DNA of 47,747 nt from positions 1 through 47,747 of the forward strand of contig CAWDLW010000049.1 of the NCBI GenBank assembly GCA_963803145.1, given 5' to 3'. The stretch is from Methanotrichaceae archaeon. GTDB taxonomy: Archaea; Halobacteriota; Methanosarcinia; Methanotrichales; Methanotrichaceae. Shown one piece after another: positions 16,556-26,725 of the stretch. The position numbers and the translations under genes are program-made. How positions within the stretch are numbered: position 1 is the first letter of the stretch; every line of letters starts with the position of its first letter. A model generated the notes under the pieces. It saw nothing but the letters and a program-made list of their open reading frames with translations, was not told where the DNA came from and did not search any database.

Positions 16556-17242
16556 TCATTCTTTTCCCGACTCGGTTAATTCAATATTCTTTTGTGTGTG
16601 GAAGGACCCTGAATATCTCTCCTCGCCTTTTTTAATACCGAAACCACAGCCGACTTGATTCTCGATCTCCCAGATCCCATCAAATGCCATCTCTGTATTA
16701 CAAGCTACTGTATTATTGATGCGGTTGATTGAACTGATAATGTCCGTTTCGCTCTTCTCCACATGGCTCATGTTGGACCACTCGTTGATACTAGCCCCAT
16801 TACCACTGTAGAATAAAGGAGAATGTAGACTCTTTATGCTTATGAGCTGTCCTCCATCAAAAACCAGATCGCTCTTCTGATTGAAATTGACTGCTGCGCA
16901 CCTCTTGCTCATGCTACGCTGGGATTCAAGGCTTATAGATCCGTTACCTTTCAGCCAGCCGCTAGAATCTAGAGCATGATCGCCAAAAGACCCTCTTAGA
17001 GAAACATCCCCAATGCCTTTGACCACTGATGACTCATTATAGAGCATTCCATTATCATTTGAGGCCTTCTGATCTTTGAAGTGCCCCAGATCATTGACAG
17101 GAGCCAGATGCAGCTCTCTTCGCCCATCATCAGCCGCCTTTGCACTGTCTGTGAGCTCCGCTGACAACAGTATTGAAGCAAAAAAGACTACGATAGCACT
17201 TATGGCGATGAAATCCCTCTTCACTAAGAGTCTCATAGCCAA
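16556..17242 (-). CDS. Secreted or membrane-anchored hypothetical protein
   Basis: N-terminal hydrophobic segment; beta-rich S/G composition. Confidence 0.75.
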   Translation of the reverse strand: MAMRLLVKRDFIAISAIVVFFASILLSAELTDSAKAADDGRRELHLAPVNDLGHFKDQKASNDNGMLYNESSVVKGIGDVSLRGSFGDHALDSSGWLKGNGSISLESQRSMSKRCAAVNFNQKSDLVFDGGQLISIKSLHSPLFYSGNGASINEWSNMSHVEKSETDIISSINRINNTVACNTEMAFDGIWEIENQVGCGFGIKKGEERYSGSFHTQKNIELTESGKE

Positions 17243-17403
17243 ACAATGTATATATTTATTTGCTAAGGATCCGAAGCAAATAGCAGTTAGTCACTTTGCA
17301 CTTGAATAGCTGGCACCGATATCGGATGAACCCTAAAGCGAACTTCGAGGCGATATGTTGATGAAGGGTATGAATCCATCGTTGAATTCCATTAGAACTT
17401 GAT

Positions 17404-18885
17404 ATGGAAGATTCAGTTATGAGCTCGGATAGCGAAAATTGGCAAGGGTACGAATGGACTGCACTCTCAGTCACTACAATAGGCACCTTACTCGTTTCTG
17501 TCCAGGAGACTGCGCTGCTTATCGCGTTACCTGATATCTTGATACGTTTGCAGACCGACTTCCTGACTATAATGTGGGCGATCCTGAGCTTCATGCTGGT
17601 CACAACTGCAATTGTACCAGTTATTGGACGTCTGGCGGACATGTTCGGTCGCAAAAATCTATACAACACAGGCTTCGCAATCTTCACTTTGGGATCGCTT
17701 CTCTGCGCCTTTTCTCAACCCCAGTTCCATGGCTGGGATTTTGTGTTCGCTCGCATTGTCCAGGGCTTCGGCGGCGCAATGCTCTTCGGAAATGGCGCAG
17801 CTATAGTGACGGATGCCTTCCGTAAAGGCAGGATCGGACTTGGCCTTGGTGTGAACCAGATCGCGCTCGCAGCAGGCTTCATGCTTGGGCCGGTCATAGG
17901 TGGGATCTTGACCGCCATCTCCTGGCAATGGGTATTCCTTGTGAATGTTCCCTTGGGCATCGCGGGAACTATTTGGGGAATAATTAGGTTGCGCGAGCCA
18001 GTCTCTTTGCCTGCAAAACAAAGCTTTGATTGGCTGGGCAGTTTGACCTTCGTCTTCGGCCTGGGATCGCTTCTCCTGGCAGTCTCGTTGATTGCCTTCC
18101 CGCTTATAAGCATCAACTACGTTTATGCCTTGTTTGTTTGCGCTATATTCGGTCTGGCGGCATTCCTTCTTGTGGAGAGGCGAGTTGATCAGCCTATGCT
18201 GGATTCAACGCTCTTCAAAAACAGGCTTTTCGCCCACGCCTGTGCAGCCAATGCCTTAAACGGGCTTGCTAGAGGAGCAGTGCTATTTGTTCTGATATTT
18301 TTCCTTCAGGGACCTTATGGCCAGGATCCAGTACGGGCAGGAATAATGATGGCTCCCTTTGGAGTGGCTTTCATGCTTGTGGGACCAGTTTCAGGGCACC
18401 TCTCAGATAGATACGGCTCAAGAGGTCTGGCTACTGCCGGTCTGCTGGTATCTGCTACTGGATTGGCTGGTTTAAGCACCATTGTTAGCACTACACCGTA
18501 CTGGATTATAGCCATGCTTATGGCCCTGATGGGCGGAGGTTCAGGACTTTTCGCTTCACCCAATATGAACGCTATTATGTCCTCAGTGCCCCCAGAAAAG
18601 AGAGGTATTACCGCGGGCACCAACGTCATGCTCATGAACACGGGCAGCATGCTTAGCATAGCTATAGCATTTCCCTTGGTGCTCAGCCGCATACCCTTGG
18701 ATATTATGTTTCATGTCTTCCTTTATGGAGGGGGCATGAATGGCACACCTCAGGCCCTAATGGATTTTGAAATGGGGACACATGAGGCATTCTTGGTATC
18801 ATTCGCTGTAACCCTTATGGCAGCATTAGTATCATTCCGGAGGCCTTCTCAACGGTCTATGGAACTTGCGTTGAGGAGTGAATAA
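17404..18885 (+). CDS. MFS transporter, DHA2/EmrB-QacA type
   Basis: GRLADMFGRK motif A, ARIVQGFGGA, GPVIGG, FLVNVPLG; many TM segments. Confidence 0.95.
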   Translation: MEDSVMSSDSENWQGYEWTALSVTTIGTLLVSVQETALLIALPDILIRLQTDFLTIMWAILSFMLVTTAIVPVIGRLADMFGRKNLYNTGFAIFTLGSLLCAFSQPQFHGWDFVFARIVQGFGGAMLFGNGAAIVTDAFRKGRIGLGLGVNQIALAAGFMLGPVIGGILTAISWQWVFLVNVPLGIAGTIWGIIRLREPVSLPAKQSFDWLGSLTFVFGLGSLLLAVSLIAFPLISINYVYALFVCAIFGLAAFLLVERRVDQPMLDSTLFKNRLFAHACAANALNGLARGAVLFVLIFFLQGPYGQDPVRAGIMMAPFGVAFMLVGPVSGHLSDRYGSRGLATAGLLVSATGLAGLSTIVSTTPYWIIAMLMALMGGGSGLFASPNMNAIMSSVPPEKRGITAGTNVMLMNTGSMLSIAIAFPLVLSRIPLDIMFHVFLYGGGMNGTPQALMDFEMGTHEAFLVSFAVTLMAALVSFRRPSQRSMELALRSE

Positions 18886-18984
18886 GTATGAGTAAGGATA
18901 CCAGCTGATCTCAGTTGGCATGGTCCCGGCCTTATCTGAGTTCCCATCATTGCCCGCTGACCCTAATCTTGGTGCGATCAAAAA

Positions 18985-19218
18985 TTGTCAAGCAGCGTAA
19001 AGAAAAAGGCTGATACCTTTATTCTGGTTGTTGGAGGGATGTATGGTCTGGAAGCAGAGAATGGAAAATCCGTGACGGATCTAGAATACCTGAGGCTGAG
19101 GCAAAAGCATCCTTTGCTATGTGTTTGTGCAGAAACTTATTCTTATCGCGCTCCCGATTTGGCAGAAGAATCAAATAATAATAGCAATCAGCGGTATCTC
19201 AAATCTAGCGAAGCCTAA
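18985..19218 (+). pseudogene. DUF4062-like fragment
   Basis: ADTFILVVGGMYG...GKSVTDLEY resembles the DUF4062 core; no proper start or end. Confidence 0.5.
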
Positions 19219-19247
19219 ATAAGCATGAATAGACCAGAAACCCCTTA

Positions 19248-19715
19248 ATGAGCAACATGAAACGCTTGATATTTATATTGTTTCTGCTAATGTTGATGAC
19301 TGCTCTGACATATAGCCAGACACCCATTAATCTGGACGGCCCCGGAAGCTTGAGCTTACTGAATAGCCTGACCAAAAGCCCTCTGAATCAGACCAATGGT
19401 ACTCTGAATCAGACCAATGGTACTCTGAATCAGACCAATGGTACTCTGAATCAGACCAATGGTACTCTGAATCAGACCAATGGTACTCTGAATCAGACCA
19501 ATGGTACTCTAAATACAACTAACCAAACGGCAAATCTGAATGGGAACAAAGGCACATCTTCTTCCGATTTCTGGTCATGGGGAACTAGGCCTAAAAACTA
19601 CTCTGGCCCTGGGCCTAATAGCGCTGGTAACTCCGCAAATGACCCTCTTACAGAGACTAGCGACCTTAAAGACCTTAACGACCTTAGTGAGCAGAATAGC
19701 TTTGCAACTGCCTAG
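19248..19715 (+). CDS. Small secreted protein with LNQTNGT repeats (dense N-glycosylation sequons)
   Basis: Signal peptide; 6 perfect heptads; FWSWG motif. Confidence 0.85.
   Translation: MSNMKRLIFILFLLMLMTALTYSQTPINLDGPGSLSLLNSLTKSPLNQTNGTLNQTNGTLNQTNGTLNQTNGTLNQTNGTLNQTNGTLNTTNQTANLNGNKGTSSSDFWSWGTRPKNYSGPGPNSAGNSANDPLTETSDLKDLNDLSEQNSFATA
19381..19510 (+). repeat. 21-bp perfect tandem repeat x6
   Basis: CTCTGAATCAGACCAATGGTA x6. Confidence 0.97.
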
Positions 19716-19786
19716 CAACTGCCTAGCAACTGCCTAGCAACTGCCTAGCAACTGCCTAGCAACTGCCTAGCAACTGCCTAGCAACT
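19704..19786 (+). repeat. 11-bp perfect tandem repeat x7.5 spanning the stop codon
   Basis: GCAACTGCCTA x7 plus GCAACT. Confidence 0.97.
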
Positions 19787-19899
19787 ATTCACTCAGCTAA
19801 CGCCGTTTTGGCTATCGATTTTTTAGTGTTAAATAGTAAACTAGCGTTGAAGTATCGGTAACAGAAAGCAATCCCGAAGAGCCGACATCCTTATAATCG

Positions 19900-20283
19900 T
19901 TAGAACTTGTAGGGTCGGCCCTCCTCTACAAGTGTTACATTCTCGAAGTTCTGGGCAAACCAATCTCTTGCTTCAGTATGAATGGGAACTATATGCTCTG
20001 GATCTATCTGATCGATAGCCCAAGTAATGTCTTCTTTAGATGCGTGGCCAGAAGCATGGAATCGTTTATCAAAGAATGGCTTATATTCGCCTCCATCTTT
20101 TTTCTCGATAGAGAATCCAGCCGGAATTATATTGAAGCGCTTAAGCCAGTGCCAAAGCCTCACAAAATCGATCTCCATTTCCTCATTAAAAGCCTCGCAA
20201 GCCGAATAAATATATGTCCCACCATTCGGCTTAATATCCAATACTGAGTAATCCAATATTGCCGCAGTGATCCACATGGGCAT
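19900..20283 (-). pseudogene. C-terminal fragment of an RNase J-like MBL/beta-CASP hydrolase
   Basis: HASGHAS and IVPIHTE (RMMBL-type motifs); N-terminal catalytic domain absent. Confidence 0.75.
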
Positions 20284-20914
20284 GGCTTAGAAGAACTGCA
20301 GATACATTTAGAGCCGGAAACTGGCTCATAGAGAGATCGGCAGGTACGAGGTCCGGTCGATAGATATTGAGCTTGGGAAGTAGGTCGAGGTACATCAAGT
20401 CATGAATACCGCGAGTATCGCTGCTCTTTATCCTATCCGCAGCAAGATGCGGGGATTACTTTTAAAAATTGACCCAAATTTCTGAGTAGATTCATAATCA
20501 GAAATTTATTGATAAGAATCGAATTATCGAATAGTCTAAATATATCCGGCAAAACCGCCGGAGGATATCAATTCTTATTATGGATCTTATTAGTTAAATC
20601 CTGCTTCGGTCTGCTGACTTCTTCTTTGGTCTCTTAGACTCGTTCTTTCTCAGAATCTTGTAACCTTTTCGGCCGTATTGTCTCAGATTATCACCTGCCC
20701 AATCATACAATCCTGGGTGCTGTAGAACCACGATGTAGATAGACCATATGCTCTGAGGAAATATATATAATACTCGCAGAGAATCATAATAACTGCACTA
20801 CAATAGATTAAATCAATAATAGTAACTCAAACCTTTACTAAAAGCGATAACCTTTAAAAGAGAAAAACGGGAGCATGCGCGCTAGTTTGACTCATTGCCC
20901 TTTACAATCTTTAG

Positions 20915-20978
20915 CTGCTTCTGCTCGTTCATCTCCGACATTTGCTCGGCCGGGAAGGCCAGAACGTCATGGATGACG
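20915..20978 (-). pseudogene. Remnant of a second type IIG RM gene C-terminal block
   Basis: Encodes VIHDVLAFPAEQMSEMNEQKQ, versus VVHDLLAFLAEQMLEMNKQKQ at 22095-22157. Confidence 0.75.
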
Positions 20979-21148
20979 GGCGAAATCATTTGCGCGTCAT
21001 ATCTTGGAACTTGTGTCGCACAAACTGATTTGCGCGTCATAGATGACATGCTAACTCACTCATACTTCTTTTCTATTATGCGAGAAGATCTGGTAATATA
21101 TATCGGAGGTCTACTTCATTTATAATAGCGATCAAAATAGAATTGGAT

Positions 21149-21359
21149 CTAGCCCCTCCAATTTTGTTTTGCCCGCTTAAAAATCTCCTCCACAGTCTGA
21201 TCCTCGTAAAGTTTCTTGGAGATTCCAACATAACCCGTTGGCTCGCTGTGGAAGAGCAAGAAATCTCATAGCTTCGGCTGGACCCAAGGCTTTGTTCAGC
21301 GCCTCTATTCCCAATACCCTCAATTCAGCTTCGTCCATTGCCTTTGCCCGTTCTGTCAT
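21149..21359 (-). pseudogene. Frameshifted antitoxin-like small gene
   Basis: GIEALNKALGPAEAMRFL continues in another frame as HSEPTGYVGISKKLYEDQTVEEIFKRAKQNWRG*. Confidence 0.55.
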
Positions 21360-21450
21360 AGATCCTCGCTTCTAATGTGATCTGCTGGATTTGAGATCGA
21401 CATTTTCAATCCCAATCTTCTGGCCTGGCGCACAAGTTTGTCGTCGCAAT
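21356..21450 (-). pseudogene. C-terminal fragment of a PIN-domain toxin
   Basis: CDDKLVRQARRLGLKMSISNP...*; its stop overlaps the next ATG (ATGA). Confidence 0.5.
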
Positions 21451-21491
21451 TTAAAGCCGGTTCTCTTACTTTTCAGAAAATCAGAGCCACT

Positions 21492-21683
21492 TCATAATCC
21501 AAGTTCAGCTTTGACTTTATTCCAGGACAAACCATCTTTTTTAGTTTCTTCGGATAGCCTTGCAAGCTCCTCGGCTTCCTCCAAGCTTATCTCCTCCCAA
21601 AGTATCTGGCTCAAGTCTGCAATATCTTTCGCCGATCTCTTTGATTTGTGCTGAACCCACGCTTTGCTTTTGCCATCTCTCAT
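21492..21683 (-). CDS. Antitoxin-like small protein or fragment
   Basis: Acidic helix ending in LSWNKVKAELGL, a tail typical of type II antitoxins. Confidence 0.5.
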   Translation of the reverse strand: MRDGKSKAWVQHKSKRSAKDIADLSQILWEEISLEEAEELARLSEETKKDGLSWNKVKAELGL

Positions 21684-21761
21684 ATCATGCGTATATTACT
21701 TTAGTTCTGCCAACAAGCTCTAAAAGCCTTTCGTACTCTCCGATTTTAAGAATCGTTTACG

Positions 21762-24700
21762 CTAAATGGCTCCTTCAACTATTTTGATTTCCTCCTCCGT
21801 CAGACCATACAGCCTGTAAACGATCTGATCAATCAGCGTATCCGTATCTTTGATCCGTCCCATGAGCGGCTGCAGCTTTCCAACAGACGCATCGAACTCC
21901 CGCCGCAGATCCTCCTGATTATCACGACCGGATGGATTGAAATCCTTCAGCTTTCGTTTGTTCTTCTTGAGGATAGCCAGCATCTCGTCAAACTGCCGCT
22001 TGTAGTAATCCTGAACTTTTGTTTTGGGCGTCAGGTCCTCGACCTTGGCCCCGATCTCCGTCTCAAGCCAGCTCAGGAAGCCCTTGATCTCCTGCTGCTT
22101 CTGCTTGTTCATCTCCAGCATCTGCTCGGCCAGGAAGGCCAGCAGGTCGTGGACAACATCGGCCCTCTCCCAGGCTGTGATGAAATTTCCTTCGGCATCC
22201 TTAGGGAGGCAGGCTTCGACGCTGGCCAGGATCTCCTCGAACTTCCCGGCTTGGTAAAGTGCCTTCAGTTCTGCAACCAGGCGGGCCCGCTCGGGCTCGG
22301 GGGTATTAGAATTGAAGTGAATTGCAGGCAAACTGGCAATCTCTCTTGTGCTAACATGATTATTTGTGCTAGTTAACCTGAACCTCCATTCCAATAACTG
22401 CGAATTTAGCAAGGCGAGCAGCGTTAATTCCTTTTCGCCTTCCAGTATAGGAAAATATGAGATGCTGTCAAAACAATATGATGGTGACGGCAATCTAGCA
22501 AATATCAAACGACGCCAATCATCTAATGCTGCATTGCGCTGATAACCTATACGCTGCGCTCTTGTATGTGCAACTTTTTCCCCGTGGACTTGTTGCGCGT
22601 ATCTTTGAACATCGATGTATTTGTCGGTTCCTTGTTTTGCCTCGTCTAGAAACTCATAGCGTTGAATATTTCCTCCTCTAAACACTTTTGGGCCAACAAC
22701 AGGATCTGTGCTCAATAGCTGCGCTAGACCTGTCTCATTAATTTCTCCCTGATAAGTCTTAATCGAATCCCCAATCCGACAACGTCTTTCTGAAGCAGAA
22801 TACAATTTCTTTATTAAATTAGCAGCGAGATCTGATGCCAGTAATGGAATAGGCAGATATTCTTCATCAAGCATTTTCGGTATAGATTCCTCACATAAAT
22901 ATCGACCGCTTATTTCATTCAGGTAACGCCCCGGATGGTTTACAACCACGAAAGAATTGATCTCTTTGCGGGAGTTCTTAAATAATACAACACATGTTGG
23001 CAATTTGGCTTCGGGAAATACCCTTCTTGTAGGGTCATCCTTTTGAGGAAATGCATCAATACTTTTTATACTAAAATTATTTATTAAGTATTTTCTTAAA
23101 TTAGCTGTTTGTTGATCTGCAAGAATCGACATCGGGATTATAAGTCCAATCGTGGCTTCAGGGCAAACAAGAGAACCTGATTTAGCGACCATTAGGCGAA
23201 AGAGATCTATTTTCCTTCCTTGAGCCGGAAATAGATCTTTATTTGATTCAATAAAGGTCATAAAGCTGGAAAGGTCTTCTTGTCTTTCTTTTTCGGCCAA
23301 AACATCATATGGTGGGTTACCTATCACTGCATCCCAGCCAGCGGTTTGTTTTACCGTACCCTCTTCAAAGAATATCTCCGGAAACTCTAACTCCCAATGG
23401 AAGAATGCTCTCTGATCTGCCATTTCCTGAGCTTGCTTGAACCACTGCCCCCACGTCTTACGCTTCCACTCAGCCTCGTCTCCTGCCACGCCCCAGAACA
23501 TGTCGTGGTAGACCATCTCTGCGTCTTTGTTCTTCGTCGGTTCAATCTGGTTTCCAAAATACAGGCTTGTGTGAACGTTGGCAATTGCCTTGGCCTTGGT
23601 GTACTGCGGCAGCCCTTTGAACTCCTCGAAGACCTTCTCCTTCCGTTTGATGTCGGAAAGAGTATCTTCTTCGATTCCCTCCAGCTCTCTGATCTTGCCG
23701 ATTAGGTTCTTGATGAAAAGAGGCGATACGAAAGACGGCAATGATGTCTGGTTCTCATCTCTGCTCTTTCCGCCCGGATAGTTCTTCAGGTCCGAAAGCC
23801 TTGCGCCGATGAGACTGTTGCCTTTCTTCAGCCGGTGATCAAGGAAGCTGAGAGGCTTGTCCTTGCTGATGGTGTCTAACCAGAGGGACACTTTGGCCAG
23901 CTCCACTGCCATATCGTTCAGGTCCACGCCATAAACGCAATGCGAGACCGCCTCCCTCTTGGCCCAATCGTTTGTGAACTGGCCGTCATCCTCAGCTAGT
24001 CCAGCCTCGATATCATGTTGAGCTGCAGCCATCAGCTTTACCGCAAGGAACTCAACTGCGCCAACCAGGAAATGGCCGCTTCCCATGGCGGGATCGAGGA
24101 CCTTAACCGATAGAGTGGCGTTGACATAGCTCGATTTGCTCCCTTCAGCAGCGCTCCATCTTTCCTCAACTACGGGACCGATGGTGTTTGCAACGATGTA
24201 ATTCACGATATAATCAGGAGTGTAATAAGATCCCGTGGCCTTCCGCTCGCCTTTGTCCGTAGTCAGGTAAAGCTCGCCCTTCCTCGCCCGATCGAACTCT
24301 TCAAACTCCTCGAAAGCCTTCTTCTTGCTCTTGGCCTGGTTGTACTCCTCAAGCGTTGCCCATCGGCGCTCTTTTTCGCTGCCAGCGACGACCAAATCGC
24401 TTTCGGCTACCATTACCTTGTATTCTAAAAGCCCTTCATAGATGCTGCCCAGGTGCCTGATCTCCAGTGTAGAGTAGTCTACAAATCCTATCCCGCCCTC
24501 GCCAACTCCGCTTCTCGATAATAGGTCAACGGCATCCGCCAGAAAACTGTCTCCAATAGTCCATTTATCGAGCTGGCGATTCTCCTCCGGCTCGAAAAGA
24601 CCTCCGTTGTAAGCAGGAATGTGGATTATATGATCGATCTTCAGCTCTTGGCTTCCTTTATCGATCAAACGGAATAGACTCTTGAGGCTGCCCCAAAGCG

Positions 24701-25703
24701 ATGTGCTTGTCGGCATGTAGTAATGCTGTGCCGGGCCGTCCTTCTTTGAAGCGACCTCTTTCTTGATCTTGTCGAAGCTGTGAGAATCTCGGTAGCTTTC
24801 GTTTCTCAGGTCCAGAAGGCCCTTGCCCTCAGCGTAGAGAAGGAATAGCAGACGATAGAGAAGAATCATGGTGTTCTTCTGAACAAGCTCTCGAGTCTTC
24901 GGGTCGTTGTAGTCAAGCTGGTTCTCAGGCCAGGAGAAGAATCCTTCAGCTATCTTCTTCATCGCCCGGTAGACATTCTCCTTTAAGTTGTCCCCTATCT
25001 CTTTGGCATAGTCGGCTGAGCCTTTCAAAACCGTCTCAACGAAGACCTCGCCTTCCTCATTGGGCAGAAAAGCCTCACGCCGGAAGAAATAGTAATAATA
25101 CTTGAACCCCTCAAGGTCGTTATTCTTCAACAAAGATACTAGATCAACCTCGTAATAAACATCAAGCGGCTTATCTTTGCGGTAAAGACGCCAATGTCGC
25201 CCGTTTGAGAGGATTCCCCAGTTTACTCCGGTCTCATTGAGATACAACCACATCTGAAAGCTGGGATTTCTTCTTTTATCCTGCCTGTCCTTGCCGAATC
25301 GATCAAGCTCTACATCCCACCGCTTCACCTCGCCAATGGCAAGAGCACCAGTAAAGAAGGACTTTGAATCTGCGGACTTATGTGCGTCATCGATAGTCTC
25401 CTGAGCGGCAAAAAAGGCGTAATCGGGTGAATCCGACCCACTTGACTCTTGGACTTCATAGCAAGGTAATATTTTCTTGAATATTATGGTGTAAAATCGT
25501 TCTTCCAGCTGAGACTCCTTTAGACCATCGAAAAAGGCGCTCTGGGACGTGTAGACTCTCTTAATTGAATTGAAAGCCTCTACATGCTCTTTTTTCTTCC
25601 ATTCGGGCGAGCTTTGAATTAGGTTCAATAGATAGTGATTGGAGAATAGATTGCGGTTGTTAAATACGAGATTCTCAGGCAACACTTGGCTTTCACCTTC
25701 CAT
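21762..25703 (-). CDS. Type IIG restriction-modification enzyme (fused endonuclease, N6-adenine MTase and TRD; Eco57I-like)
   Basis: PDY...GEVK nuclease motif, GILSNG..WRLY, GSYYTP, VLDPAMGSGHFL (motif I), FHWELEFPEIF, IGNPPY (motif IV). Confidence 0.93.
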   Translation of the reverse strand: MEGESQVLPENLVFNNRNLFSNHYLLNLIQSSPEWKKKEHVEAFNSIKRVYTSQSAFFDGLKESQLEERFYTIIFKKILPCYEVQESSGSDSPDYAFFAAQETIDDAHKSADSKSFFTGALAIGEVKRWDVELDRFGKDRQDKRRNPSFQMWLYLNETGVNWGILSNGRHWRLYRKDKPLDVYYEVDLVSLLKNNDLEGFKYYYYFFRREAFLPNEEGEVFVETVLKGSADYAKEIGDNLKENVYRAMKKIAEGFFSWPENQLDYNDPKTRELVQKNTMILLYRLLFLLYAEGKGLLDLRNESYRDSHSFDKIKKEVASKKDGPAQHYYMPTSTSLWGSLKSLFRLIDKGSQELKIDHIIHIPAYNGGLFEPEENRQLDKWTIGDSFLADAVDLLSRSGVGEGGIGFVDYSTLEIRHLGSIYEGLLEYKVMVAESDLVVAGSEKERRWATLEEYNQAKSKKKAFEEFEEFDRARKGELYLTTDKGERKATGSYYTPDYIVNYIVANTIGPVVEERWSAAEGSKSSYVNATLSVKVLDPAMGSGHFLVGAVEFLAVKLMAAAQHDIEAGLAEDDGQFTNDWAKREAVSHCVYGVDLNDMAVELAKVSLWLDTISKDKPLSFLDHRLKKGNSLIGARLSDLKNYPGGKSRDENQTSLPSFVSPLFIKNLIGKIRELEGIEEDTLSDIKRKEKVFEEFKGLPQYTKAKAIANVHTSLYFGNQIEPTKNKDAEMVYHDMFWGVAGDEAEWKRKTWGQWFKQAQEMADQRAFFHWELEFPEIFFEEGTVKQTAGWDAVIGNPPYDVLAEKERQEDLSSFMTFIESNKDLFPAQGRKIDLFRLMVAKSGSLVCPEATIGLIIPMSILADQQTANLRKYLINNFSIKSIDAFPQKDDPTRRVFPEAKLPTCVVLFKNSRKEINSFVVVNHPGRYLNEISGRYLCEESIPKMLDEEYLPIPLLASDLAANLIKKLYSASERRCRIGDSIKTYQGEINETGLAQLLSTDPVVGPKVFRGGNIQRYEFLDEAKQGTDKYIDVQRYAQQVHGEKVAHTRAQRIGYQRNAALDDWRRLIFARLPSPSYCFDSISYFPILEGEKELTLLALLNSQLLEWRFRLTSTNNHVSTREIASLPAIHFNSNTPEPERARLVAELKALYQAGKFEEILASVEACLPKDAEGNFITAWERADVVHDLLAFLAEQMLEMNKQKQQEIKGFLSWLETEIGAKVEDLTPKTKVQDYYKRQFDEMLAILKKNKRKLKDFNPSGRDNQEDLRREFDASVGKLQPLMGRIKDTDTLIDQIVYRLYGLTEEEIKIVEGAI

Positions 25704-25880
25704 GGTCTTCCACTCGTTATGCTAGATCTTCAATCACTCATGGTATTGCTGGGATTAACCCTCCGAGCCATCATCCACTGCTTACACGAAAAAGCTTACG
25801 GAGGAAATGTGAAGAGAGCCATACCAAAATAACTATTACTACTTTAGCCATATGTAAGATGGCGATAATTTGAAGAGGTA

Positions 25881-26216
25881 GTGACGATGACTATCCCAGA
25901 TTTCCAGAGCCTCATGCTCCCGATACTGAAGTTTGCTGGCGACAGCAAAGAACATAGCCAAGGTGAACTCAACGAGGCCATGGCTGGGCAGTTCAAGCTT
26001 ACTGAGGCTGAGAGAAAAGAGTTTTTGCCAAGCGGCAGGCAGCCAAGGTTTGAGAATAGAGTTGCTTGGTCGCGCGTCTATCTGAAGAAAGCAGGACTCC
26101 TTGAGAGTACTGGCCGAGGTAGGTTCCACATAACAAAGCAGGGAATGGAGGTCTTGAGGGATAGTCCTCTCAGCATTAATACCAAATTCTTGATGCCTTC
26201 TAAGGCCCTGCCCTGA
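25881..26216 (+). pseudogene. mrr: Truncated Mrr restriction protein (N-terminal winged-helix domain only)
   Basis: IPDFQSLMLPIL...LPSG...FENRVAWSRVYLKKAGLL...RG...IT..G; the catalytic domain is missing. Confidence 0.85.
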
Positions 26217-26241
26217 ATATCCCTTAAGTTTTCCTATGTCC

Positions 26242-26371
26242 AGTATCATCCTCTCCTAGAGTGCAAATCTTTCGTAAAGGTCCCCGCCGGAGGCAGGGTC
26301 AGGGGACCGCCCGGCCTTGAGGGCAGCTCAGATAGCTCTCGCGGGCGCCGCAACGCCTCGCGGTCACCCCC
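26242..26371 (+). repeat. GC-rich structured dispersed element, copy 1
   Basis: 26242-26352 matches 30112-30222 with 4 mismatches in 111 bp; multiple stems. Confidence 0.9.
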
Positions 26372-26520
26372 AAAAGAATTGTTAGTAGAATTGATGAGGG
26401 AATCACTTAGTAATTCTGTCTACGGGTAATCATGAGCTGGAAGCTGTGAGAATAAACATTCGATCATATTACTGGTAAGTAATTCTGAAAGTCACTCTAA
26501 AATCAGTGTGCAATGACTTA

Positions 26521-26586
26521 ATTTATGTGGGTGACGGGATTCGAACCCGCGAACCTCTACAGGACAGGGCCCTCAACCCTGCGCCT
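26521..26586 (-). repeat. att site: copy of tRNA-Leu 3' part
   Basis: 66 bp matching 36136-36201 with 2 mismatches. Confidence 0.93.
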
Positions 26587-26725
26587 ACCTGCTTTCCTTC
26601 CAGAAACCCCATTATTCCATTGAAAGATACTGATTAGATCGTATCATTTATCTCTTCGGGCAATAAAGTTTGAGCAATGTTAAATCTTATAGGTACATCA
26701 ATAGTCAAGCTTCTTATCCATCCGA

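Noticed and set aside
19713-19781. Repeated TAG as a pyrrolysine read-through signal
   Set aside because: No pyl genes in the window, and read-through would add only a short repeat peptide before the next in-frame TAG
19381-19786. 21-bp and 11-bp repeats as a CRISPR array
   Set aside because: Units are contiguous with no unique spacers, and there are no cas genes in the window
26242-26371. Structured element as a group II intron end or known ribozyme
   Set aside because: No domain V AGC/CGC triad hairpin or HDV/hammerhead core recognised by eye, and no reverse transcriptase nearby
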